DNA of 64,000 nt from NCBI RefSeq assembly GCF_006345805.1, contig NC_043005.1:95542001-95606000 (forward strand), in the 5' to 3' direction. The notes under the pieces are model-generated. The model was not told the origin of the DNA. It worked only from the letters and a program-made list of their open reading frames with translations, and ran no database searches. The translations under genes were made by a program, and so were the position numbers. The first letter of the stretch is position 1, and each line of letters begins with the position of its first letter. Below, piece by piece: positions 34,443 to 45,345 of this stretch. This DNA is from Octopus sinensis. Taxonomy: Eukaryota.

Positions 34443-36870
34443 CTAGTGTTTAGTAACCACACTAACACTATACATAACGTTACAGTGGAAAAAACCCTTC
34501 TTTCAGACCATGACATGGTTCTCTGTAACATGAATTCCACCAGCCGAAAGCTAATCCTAGTGACCTTCCTCCAGCCCACCCATTTGACAACATGGATCTC
34601 CATAAAGCCAACTGGGATGCAATCAGGAACGAGCTATCAAATGTTGACTGGTCCTTTACACATACACACATCTCCACCAACCATAAAACATCTTGGCAGA
34701 TCTTTGTAGACACCGTCACAGACATATGTGCAAAACACTCCCCACCAAGACCTGTGAACAAAAAGTGCAGAATCCCCCAAAACAGAAAAACCATTATCAG
34801 AAAAATAAAAAGAACAAACAAAAAATTAACAAACTAAAGTACTGCCAACAGCAACACACACACATTCGACAGCTATCGCACTGCTTGAATCCAAAAAATA
34901 TAACCTCCAACAATGCATGAAGTCCCTCATCAATAACCAAAGATCAGCTGAGGAGAAGTGGGCCATTGAAAAAATCAAACTCAACCCCAAAGTGTTCTTT
35001 TCATTTGCGAGGAACGCAGGGTCACTGTCTCCACTGTAGGCCCTCTAATTGACGAAACTGGCACTCTCCAAGATAATGCCAAATCCATGGCCGAGATACT
35101 GCAGAAACAATACTGCTCTGTTTTCAGCAATCCTGATATGGCCGATCTGGGCTGTATCAGTGATGTCAACCCCCAACACACTATATCGGACATAACGTTT
35201 AGTGCCCCTGATGTCTTAGCGGCGATAAACGAAATAAAACACAATTCAGCAGTAGGCCCCGATAGGTTCCCTGCTTGTGTCCTGAAGGTGTGTCGACACC
35301 AACTTGCATCTCCCCTTGCTAATCTGTGGAGAAACTCACTGGATGCTGGCTATATTCCAAAAAACCTTCTGTCCCAGTCTGTTGTCCCAGTTTTCAAAAA
35401 GGGAAACAAGTCCCTTGCAGTGAATTACCGTCCGATCTCACTCACCTCTCATATCATCAAGGTATTTGAGAGGGTGGTGAGATCTCAAATAACCCAATTT
35501 CTGGAAAGCAACAGACGGCTGATCTCCAACCAACATGGGTTCCGTAATGGAAGGGACTGCCTAACGCAGCTCCTGCATCACTTTGAGGACATTTTGAGAG
35601 CTTTGGAGAGGGCTCCAACACCGATGTCATCTACCTTGATTTCAGTAAGGCCTTCGACAGGGTCGATCACAAGATCCTATTGAAAAAACTATCCAACATT
35701 GGTGTCTCTGGAAGTTACTGAAATGGATTAAGTGTTTCCTGACAGACAGATCTCAACATGTTGTAGTTGAAGGGGTAAAATCAAGCCCAGCCAAAGTCAG
35801 TAGTGGCGTTCCGCAAGGCACTGTGCTGGGCCCACTTCTTTTCATCATTTACATTAATGACATTAATGACATCATCAAGCACAGCAACATAAAAATCTTT
35901 GCAGATGACTCCAAGCTACAGAAGGTCATAAATGAGGCGAGTGACCGGACATGCCTTCAGTCAGATCTACTGGCTGTTATCCAATGGGCAGAAAAAAACA
36001 ATATGCTGCTGAACGAGGATAAATTTGAGCTAATCCACTTTGGAAAAGAGGATGCCCTGAAACTCCCATACTCCCTTCCTTCAGGTGAAACTCTCACGGC
36101 GTCCAACAACATCAGAGACTTGGGAGTAATTGTGGACAACAACGTAAGCTGGGCCACTCATATAAACACCAAAGTTGACATGGCCCGCAGAATGTGTTCC
36201 TGGATTCTCAGAACTTTCCAGTCGAGAGATATCCACACCATTATCCTTCTCTTCTCCACCTTTGCCCGACCCCACCTTGAATACTGTTGTCCACTGTGGT
36301 CTCCCCACACAATACAAGGTATCATAAAAGTCGAAGCACCTCAAAGGGCAATCACAAAAAAGATAGATGGCATGACAGGCCTCGACTATTGGGGTCGACT
36401 AGAAAAGCTAAAACTCTATTCTCTCCAACGTCGTCGTGAGCGCTACATCATCTGCATGATGTGGAAAATATTCCATCAGCATTGCCCAAATGATGTTGGC
36501 ATCACCTTTAAGGTACATCCAAGGCTTGGGCCCCGTGCCATCCGCCCAAAACAAAAATCGCACTCTCATCTCATAACAACAATACGGCACAATTATTTCA
36601 CCTCAATTGGCCCCGCTCTCTTTAACATTACACCAAAACGCATTAAAACAGAAACTGACCCTATAGGGTTCAAGAAGTCTTTGGACAGATTCCTTCAAGA
36701 AATCCCGGATAAACCCCCTACACCCGGATATGTCTCTGTAAACAATAACTCTCTACTTGAGTGGGCCATAGTGCCCAAATTCTGACTTGAAAGACTTCAC
36801 CAGGTGGTGCTATTAAGTTAGACATGGCCTGGGCCAATAATGGCCGAAACCTATCAAAGTATCAAAGTAT
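34443..36870 (+). mobile_element. CR1-clade LINE, 5'-truncated (endonuclease C-terminus, RT, 3' tail)
   Basis: LVFSNH...SDHDMV at the 5' end; YRPISLTSHIIKVFE, QHGFR, YLDFSKAFD (shifted frame), SGVPQGTVLGPLLF, FADD and LYSLQRRRE; tandem TATCAAAG tail at 36852-36870. Several frameshifts. Confidence 0.95.
35823..36785 (+). CDS. CR1 ORF2 C-terminal open segment (RT palm/thumb and C-terminal region)
   Basis: 320-aa ORF LGPLLFIIYIND...FADDSKL...RDLGVIVD...PHLEYC...LYSLQRRRE. It is part of a frameshifted element, not an independent gene. Confidence 0.9.
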   Translation: MLGPLLFIIYINDINDIIKHSNIKIFADDSKLQKVINEASDRTCLQSDLLAVIQWAEKNNMLLNEDKFELIHFGKEDALKLPYSLPSGETLTASNNIRDLGVIVDNNVSWATHINTKVDMARRMCSWILRTFQSRDIHTIILLFSTFARPHLEYCCPLWSPHTIQGIIKVEAPQRAITKKIDGMTGLDYWGRLEKLKLYSLQRRRERYIICMMWKIFHQHCPNDVGITFKVHPRLGPRAIRPKQKSHSHLITTIRHNYFTSIGPALFNITPKRIKTETDPIGFKKSLDRFLQEIPDKPPTPGYVSVNNNSLLEWAIVPKF

Positions 36871-36934
36871 ATATATATATATATAAATAAATATATATAT
36901 GTATAAATATATATATATGTATAAATATATATAT

Positions 36935-36983
<49 letters not shown>

Positions 36984-37068
36984 GTATAAATATTTATATA
37001 TATATAAATAAATATATATGTGTGTATAAATATATATGTATGTATAAATATATATATATATATATATA

Positions 37069-37116
<48 letters not shown>

Positions 37117-37209
37117 TGTATATATATATATTGTATATATATACGAGTGTGTATATATATATATAATATATATACGAGTGTGTGTATGTATATATTATAT
37201 ATATGTACA
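36871..37209. repeat. Imperfect (TA)n/(TATG) tract
   Basis: Directly visible; it separates the CR1 tail from the laminin fragment. Confidence 0.95.
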
Positions 37210-37334
37210 TGTGAACCATGCAACTGTCATGGACACACAAATGCATGTGTTTACGATCCTGAAATAGATACCAAAAAGTTGTCACTGGACATACACGGAA
37301 ACTATGATGGAGGTGGCGTCTGCCAGAACTGCAA
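37210..37334 (+). CDS. LanA: Laminin alpha (LanA/LAMA3/5-type) LE-domain coding fragment; orphan, donor present, acceptor missing
   Basis: [41 protein letters not shown] closely matches the laminin alpha-3/5 LE repeat as I recall it from Drosophila LanA ([16 protein letters not shown]...[18 protein letters not shown]). Ends AA|gtatgt. Upstream is TA repeat with no polypyrimidine-AG. Confidence 0.88.
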
Positions 37335-38629
37335 GTATGTAATGGACATTATACAGTTACTCAGTATGTCTTTGTGTGTGTGTGTGGTGTGTGTGTGTGT
37401 GCATGTATGCATGTGTATGCATATATAAGCATATATATATGTGTGTGTGTGTATGTTAGAGGTATATATGTGTATGTGAATATAGACATATATATAAAGC
37501 GACTATCTCCCTTACACCGGAAGAAATCACTTATTACCTCCCCTTACCTGGAACTCTTCTTTACACTTCTTAACGAAATCATAACACAATGTTTTGAGAA
37601 ATTTGAAAAGTTAACACAAAACCGGTAATTTCTTCAAAAACTATGTCACTGTATGAGGAAAAAAAAATTTATAACATTCTTCTGACATAATGACTCAAAT
37701 ATATATTTTTTAGCCTTTTAAAACAAGCCTTCTGTAGTTTTTTCACTTTTTACTATTTTCTGTATATATATATTGTTATTATTGTTATTGTTATCATTAT
37801 TATTATTATTATTATTACTATTATTATTATTACTATTTATTATTATTCTGATCCCTAATCGTCACTCTGTTTACTATTTCAGCCTCGCCTCGTTTTGCAT
37901 ATTCTGTATAATTCATTAGTTATCGTTATAGATATTTAAGATCTCCCTTACAGGGTTGATTGAAATGGCCGCCGATTCTTCGCGGGGTGGCCACTTTCTC
38001 TCTTTCCTTCTCTCCCCCTCTTTCACATTGCTTGGACTCCTCTTCCTACTCCTCTACATGGCTATGCATTCTTAAGCTAGTAACCTGCCTCATTCTTGAC
38101 TTCGAATTCCTTTTGCCGAGTCTGTCCGTAAACGAAGTGATCCCAAGATAAGAAATCTTTGAACTTTAATTCATCCAGTATCTCTACCAGCAATATTTTC
38201 ATGCAAAATTGTCTGACCTCTAGTTGTTAATCGGTTTATTACTCATCATTATGTGCCGATAATTTCTCTATTTCTCCACCGTCCCCCCTAAATATCCCTT
38301 TATTATTATGTGCTGCGATAATTTTTGCCCGTCCAAGTCTTCGCTCTGTCCTCTATCAACCTTCGCGTATTCGCGGCGCGCCCGCCCTACCCACCCCCAC
38401 CACCAATACCGGATATCTCTATAGTTTTTTACTCCATCTATACCGGATGTCGTTTCTCCCACCACCATTATAGGTGTCTACCCTTCGAACCCCCCTCTTC
38501 AATACACTATTTCACCATACATTACCCCTCTCGTGATATCCTACGTTCTACTTGTCTAGAATCTGTCATCGTTTCTCCGAGCACCCCTCCCCACTGGTGC
38601 TCCCCTATATTCCTGCACGCCCCCCCCCC

Positions 38630-38943
38630 CCATAAAAGGCACCATCCGAACGTGGCCGATGCCAGCACCGCCCCGACTGGCTTCTGTGCAGGTGGCACAT
38701 AAAAAGCACCAACCGACCGTGGCCGATGCCAGACCCCTCTGGCACCTGTGCAGGTGGCACGTAAAAAGCACCCACTACACTCGCGGAGTGGTTGGCGTTA
38801 GGAAGGGCATCCAGCTGTGTAGAACACTGCCAGACCAGACTGGAGCCTGGGGCAGCCCCTGGCTCCCCAGACCTCGGTCGAAACCGTCCAACCCGTGCTA
38901 GCGCGGAAAACGGACGTTAAACGATGATGATGATGATGATGAT
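38630..38943 (+). mobile_element. RTE-clade LINE 3' end, CpG-intact copy
   Basis: Same family as 30930-31215, with CpGs retained (cgaacgtggccgatgcc, ctcgcggagtgg, ctcggtcgaaaccg) and a (GAT)n tail. Confidence 0.85.
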
Positions 38944-39034
38944 ATATATATATGATGTTATAAATATATATATATATAATATTAATATATATATATAATA
39001 TATATAAATAAATATATATATATATATATAATAA

Positions 39035-39084
<50 letters not shown>

Positions 39085-39089
<5 letters not shown>

Positions 39090-39295
39090 CGCCATGATAG
39101 GTCGTTAGCTCCTACACGCATTTTTTTTCTCTCGTTGTTTTTTTTCTGTGTATCTTTCTGTTGAGGAGCGTAGGCTCGAAACGTAAAAGACTTGTTCTAT
39201 TTCTATTCTGAGCACCATACTTAATACATTGTTTGTTTGTACTCCACCTGCTTCGTCTTGTGTTTGTTTTTTGTAACCTTCCCGTTATATATATA
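39085..39295 (+). mobile_element. Penelope-like element terminal repeat fragment
   Basis: Homologous to the reverse complement of 10382-10572. Confidence 0.7.
39153..39190 (+). ncRNA. Minimal type I hammerhead ribozyme motif, CUGUUGA core variant
   Basis: tcttt-CTGTTGA-g-gagc-gtag-gctc-GAAAC-GT-A-aaaga, with a perfect 5-bp stem I and 4-bp stem II. Confidence 0.65.
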
Positions 39296-39320
39296 TGTTA
39301 TAAAGAATATATATATATAT

Positions 39321-39362
<42 letters not shown>

Positions 39363-39432
39363 CATACATACCATACATCATACATACATATTATACATAC
39401 ATACATATATATTATATGCATACATACATACA

Positions 39433-39468
<36 letters not shown>

Positions 39469-39816
39469 TACATACATACATAGAGACATAGATACATATG
39501 CATATATATATATAGAGGTATGTTAAAAACAGTTTAGTTTAGCTATGTATGACTTAAAGCACCGTGGGTGTGTAGGACAAATCCATTTCATCAAATATCG
39601 ATGAGACAGGCTCATCCTATGCACCCATGAGATTTAAAGTGATATGGAGCTGAGTCAAACCGTTATTAAAAAAATATATCTAGCTCCCACCAGATACGTT
39701 CTACACTACTTGCTTTCATTTGTGTATGTGTGTGTACGTATGAGTGTGTGTGTGTGTGTGTGTGTACGTATACACATACACATTATGTATATACATACAT
39801 ATATACATATTTATAT

Positions 39817-40372
39817 CTCTTACTCTTTTACTCATTTCAGCCGTGCGGCTGTGGTCATGCTGGAGCACCACCATGGTCTTTCTGACTTCCTCAATCTGGG
39901 TGTTCCACAGCCCTTGTCTGTACCTCATGTCGGGCTGTTGGTTCATCCAGCATTGTGGAGAGGAGGATACATAATTCCTTTTTGAAGACATCTACATCCA
40001 CCTTATGCAAATTTCTTAATTTTTGTGGCAGGGCATTGAAAAGCTGTGGGCCTTTGAACCCTAGACTATTGCAAAACCTTGTCCTGAATTTAGTTGGAGT
40101 GGACGGTACCTTTGCAATGGCAGTTCTGGCATTTGTATAACACTCAATCCCAAAGTTAGGTACTAGCCCTTCTAGGATTTTCCATATGTATATTATTGCA
40201 TATCTTCGCTCCAGGGAGTAGAGCTGGAGTTTTCTCAGCCCATCCCCGTAGCTCATCCACTACACTGTTTCAGTCTTTTTAGTGTAGTGGCATTGGACTG
40301 CTTCAAGTTCTGCTGTTAGTTTGGCACTATGTGGTTACCATAACTGGGAACAGTACTCCAGGCGGCCGAGAT
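39817..40372 (-). mobile_element. CR1-clade LINE 3' fragment, second family
   Basis: Minus-strand RLEYCSQLW...LEAVQ...LQLYSLERRYAIIYIWKILEGLVPN...GPQLFNALP...VFKKEL; the 3' UTR ends ggtggtgctccagcatgaccacagcc...ctgaaatgagtaaaagagtaagag. Confidence 0.9.
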
Positions 40373-42069
40373 CAATTGTGGTTCTTAGTCAAAAAACAAA
40401 GACCACTCAACTATATGAAAATTGTGAGGGCTTAAAATACAATTTAATAACAGTAATACTAACAAAGAACTGAACTCCACACTCTTCAGGTGGCCACTTT
40501 ATGGATTTAAATTGAACATCAACCATTTTTGGCATTGTTTCACCTAAATCCTTAACATTTCCCATCCGATTAGTGTACAGCTCTACCTTGAAGGAATCAC
40601 ACCCAGCATCTGTTTGTTAGTATGATTAAACTATATTTTATATATATATATATATATTGCGGGTGTGTGGTAAGAAGCTTGCTTCCCAACCACTTGGTTC
40701 CAGGTTCTGTCCCACTGTGTGGCACCTTGGGTAAGTGTCTTCTACTATATCTTTGGGCTAACCAAATCCTTGTGAGTGAATTTGGTAGACGGAAACTGAA
40801 AGAAACTCTCTCTCTCTCTCTCCCTTTTTCTCTTTCATTTCTTACTGCACAAATAAGCAACCACTCAATTCTTAGTCAAAAACGAATGGACAAGAAAATG
40901 GACAAGAAAAGCCATCATGGTGACCCACGGCATTCTGCCAGCACAGGGAGAGAGAGATTATCAGAAAAGATTCTAGCTTCACCTTAAAGAAATCTTGTGT
41001 GTGTCTAATTTTTGTGTACCAAAAAGAAAAAAACAAAACAAAAATGAAACCTGACAATGTTTCCTGTAATATTTGGAAGGAAAAGAATTTTATGTATTCA
41101 GAAAGAAATTATGGAAACAAGCATGGAGTGTTTTGTCACATAGTGAAAATATATGACATACCTGTTTTTTTGTTAGGAACGGCTGCTTGACTGTCAATGT
41201 ATGGTCTATATTTACATATCCATGTATATGTGCATGAGTACATTTATCTGTGTGTGTGAGTATGTATGTGAATATATGTCCGTGTGTGTGTGTGTAAGCA
41301 TGTATGTGTATATATGTTTGCTTGTGTGTGTGTAAGCATGTATGTATATATATGTATTTGCTTGTGTGTGTGTGTGTGTGCGTGTGTGTGTAATTCCAGG
41401 TGGTGACAAGTTCCAAAAGAAACTGTTTGGCCAGGTATATACATGTGTGTGTGTGTTGTATATTTATTTATGCGTATATGATTTTCTTTTGTTCTTTCAT
41501 TTTTTTCTTGCCTTACATTATAAATTTGCTCTCCCTAAATTTTGTTTACAAGCCACAGGTGAAAGAGAACATTTCTGAGCTCAAATCCCACCTAGGTGAA
41601 CTTTGCTTACTGTAGAAAAAAGCCTTTGTTATGATTAGATTGTTTTGGACATTGTTTTATCAGTGAGTAGGAAACATGACTGCCAAAGTCCAAACTGGTT
41701 TTCCATTATAAAAGTTTTTGCCTGTTTTAGTAATAAAGTGCAGCACCGGTAATTGGGGTGGTGTAAGGCATCAGCGTAATTTCATTTCACATATACTTTT
41801 CCATGCTTGCATGGATCGGGTGGAATTTGTTGAGGTAGATCTTATGGCCAGATACCTTCTTCTCACTTGTTTCCAAGCAAGGTGATATTTTCCCCCATAG
41901 CTAGACAGGCTTTTCATGGAAGATTGGAAACAAACAACTTTATATGATGATGGTTATCAATTACATCCATCATGTGATGTCTAGAAAAGATACACACAAA
42001 CTCATACTCGCACATACATTTACATATATGTGTATGTGTGTGTGGATATATATGTATGTATATATGTAT

Positions 42070-42368
42070 ATCACCGTGATCACCGTGACTGACCAGACCA
42101 TCAGATGTTGCTACACATCGCTGGTCACAATGCACTTCACATTGTTTTAGCCTTCGAATGACGTCACCCCGCTGGCTAAGCGAGCAGGCCAACAGAAGAA
42201 AGAGTGGTGAAAGAGTACAGCGGGGATCACCACACCCTGCCGGAGCCTCATGAGGCTTTTTAAGTGTTTTCACTCTATAAACACACACAACGCCCAGTCT
42301 GGGAATCAAAACCGCGATCCTACGACCTCGAGTCCACTGCCCTAACCACTGGGCCATTGCGCCTCCAC
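42070..42368 (-). mobile_element. tRNA-derived SINE, family C head with tail type 1
   Basis: Colinear with 61119-61430. Confidence 0.85.
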
Positions 42369-42410
42369 ATATATGTATGTATATATATGTGTGTGTGTGT
42401 GTGTGTATAC

Positions 42411-42471
<61 letters not shown>

Positions 42472-43088
42472 TATCAAATGAAATCAAAAACAGAACACAA
42501 AGGATGTCGCGGCACACGTGTTTCAAGCTTTATAAACAACCTATTCTTACATCATACATTATTCTTTCATTTGATACATATACCCTCTCACCTCTGCTAC
42601 TTGCTGGCGTATACAGGTGCTTACACTTATCAAGTATTCACCCTAAATTTAATATATATATATACACATACACACACACACACACACACATACACACATA
42701 TACATTCAATGAGTTTCTTTCTGTTTTGTCTACCAAATCCATTCAAAAGTATTGATTAACCCAGGGTTACAGTAGAAGATACTTGCCCAAGATGTCACAC
42801 TGGGGGACTGAACCCAAGCTCATATGGGTGAGAAGCAAGTTTCTTAACCACACAGCCATGTCTGCACTCTATAAGTAAAACAGGAATAATAAACCACAGC
42901 TTAAAATAAGTGTCTGCTAATTTTAAATAATTTTTTTCCTTTTCTTTTTTTGTAAATGATGAGGTGAGGGTCATTTGCAAAATACCGTCTCCTGAACGAT
43001 GGAGCTGACCGTATAAAGCTTCTGAGCCAACCTTTCTAAAAGCCAAAAATATTGAGCATCAGTATAAAGAAGTTTATAAATACATAAG

Positions 43089-43465
43089 TGCTTGAGGAGA
43101 CCTATTGAGTCAAGTACACCAACATCAAAATAAATATCAAATGGAAATTGTTGTTGTGATACCTTTACCGGTGGCATGTAAAAAGCACTGTCCAAATGTG
43201 GCCAATGCCAGCACTGCCTTGACTGGCTTCTGTGCCGGTGGCACGTAAAAAGCACCAGATACCAGATTGTGGCCATTGCCAGCCTCCCCTGGCACCTGTG
43301 CACCCACTACACTCACGGAGTGGTTGGTGTTAGGAAGGGCATCCAGCTGTAGAAACACTGCCAGATCAGACTGGAGCCCGGTGCAGCCTCCTAGCTTCCC
43401 AGACCCCGGTCAAACCGTTCAACCCATGCTATCACGGAAAACGGACGTTAAACAATGATGATGAT
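43089..43465 (+). mobile_element. RTE-clade LINE 3' end
   Basis: Same family; shares the gcttgaggagacct..tgagtcaagtac...aatggaaattgt segment with 53380-53798. Confidence 0.8.
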
Positions 43466-43846
43466 ATAAAATTTGTTCTGTTTGTGTTATTTTGTGTGAT
43501 TCCCAGCTAGATTTATCTTTTATTTATTTTCTTTCTCTTTTCATATATCTTAGTTACATAAAATAAGTACCAGACACTTTCTTCTTCTAGTAAAAATTTT
43601 AGATGTCAACATTTTCCACATTCGTATTTTTTTTTATTAAAAGTTCATACACTACAATATATATATTAAAACATAACACTACAATAGAATTAATGTTGAG
43701 AAAGCTCTTTTCTCCAAGCTGCATTGGGTTAGGAGAAGAAGAAGGGGAAGAAGAAAAGAGAAGAAACAGAACTGTAATCAACAGGTTATTTTGTGCTTTC
43801 TGAAGATCAGTGAAAAAGAAACACACAGGGATCTTATTGATTTCTT

Positions 43847-43888
<42 letters not shown>

Positions 43889-44683
43889 TCTTCCCCTCTC
43901 TCTCATTCACTCGCTCAAGTTCTAAGGCAAAGTCCCCTATTCTGCAGGGGTTTTTTTTTAATTATTGAGCGTTTTTTGTTTTGTTTTGTTTTTTCTCCTT
44001 TTTGGCTTCAACTATTTGCTTTGGCAGAATCTGATTTAAAAGAAGTGAAATTCTGTGAGACAGAATTATGTAGTCAGTTGGTTAAAGAAGAGTTGAGTGA
44101 GAATGAAAGGAAGAGGTGAAATTCACAGAGACCAAAACATTGATTTGAGAAAGAGAGAGAGAGAGACAAAGAGATGGGAGAAAAAGAGACAGAAGTTCAG
44201 TGAACAGAGAGAAAGAGAGAGAGAGAAGGAAAGGAGACAAAGGTTCTGTGAAAAACAAGTGACAGAAGTGGAGAGAGAGGTTGCTTGATGCAAATATAGA
44301 AGGTTAGATAAAAAGGAGAAGAGAAATGAATAAAAGAGAAAGGTGTTGGATGAGAGAAAAAAACAGTGAGTGAGAGGAATGGAAATAGAGAGACAGAAAT
44401 GGAGACACTGAGTGATGGTAAGAGGATGGATTGAGAGGAAGATTGAGAAGAGGAGTAGGGGTGGTGGTGCTTCAGAAATGAATATCTCTATGGATGCAGG
44501 CATGGCTGTGTGGTTAAAAAGCTTGCTTTTCAACCACGTGGTTTCTGGTTCAGTCCCACTGCTGCATTCCACTTAGGGCAAGTGTCTTCTACTGTAGCTT
44601 GGTCCAACCAATGCCTTGATAGAGAGAACCCGTGTGGATGGAGGTCTATCATATATATATATATGTAAATATATGTCACCATT

Positions 44684-45345
44684 ATCATCAGCATTTAACG
44701 TCCGTTGTCCATGCTGGCATAGGTTGGGCGGTTTGACTCTGATTGGGCATGGCTTTTTACAGCTGGATGCCCTTCCTAACATCAAGAACTTCGAGAGTGT
44801 AATGGGTACTTTTATATGTCACTGGATGGATGCCATTTGCATGACACCGGGGTGCTTTTACGTGCCACCAGAACAAGTGCCAATTTGCATGACACTGAGG
44901 TGCTTTTACGTGCCACCAGCACAAGTGCCAATTTGCATGACACTGGCATCTGCCACAATTGCAATTTTGCTCGGTTTGATGGCTCTTCTTCTCAAGCATG
45001 ACATAATGCCAAAGGTCTTGGTCATTGCCTCCATGAAGCCCAACTCTTGAAAGGAACTCAGCCACTTTGCTTCCATGAGGCCCAACATTCAAAAAGTGTT
45101 CTTTCTATGCCACCAGCATGGTAGCCAGTTACCATGACTATGATTCACTTGGCTCAAGCATGGCACCTCACCAAAGGTCTCTGTCTCTAGCCATTGCCTC
45201 TGTGAGACCCCAAGTTTAAAGATCATGCTTCACCACCTTGTCCCATGTTTTCCTGGGTCTACCTCTACCACAGGTTCCCTCCACAGCTAGAGATCAACAC
45301 TTCTTTACACAGGTGTCCTTGCCCATACACATCTCATACCAGTTG
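44684..45345 (-). mobile_element. RTE-clade LINE 3' end including C-terminal coding sequence
   Basis: Minus-strand DTCVKKC*SLAVEGTCGRGRPRKTWDKVVKHDL*TWGLTEAMARDRDLW* is the RTE ORF C-terminal motif. It is followed by the 3' UTR with ~48-bp subrepeats and a (GAT)n tail. Confidence 0.88.

Noticed and set aside
33959-34603. 214-aa ORF and the many other YI/HT/CV/RE-rich ORFs in the track
   Set aside because: These are translations of (TA)n, (CA)n and (GA)n microsatellites.
44028-44115. Possible + strand exon ESDLKEVKFCETELCSQLVKEELSENERKR
   Set aside because: It lies in purine-rich low-complexity sequence, has a weak donor, and does not end in the LGK expected for the preceding PLK exon.
44836-44945. 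~48-bp direct repeats superficially like a CRISPR array
   Set aside because: There are no unique spacers; they are internal subrepeats of the RTE 3' UTR in a eukaryotic genome.
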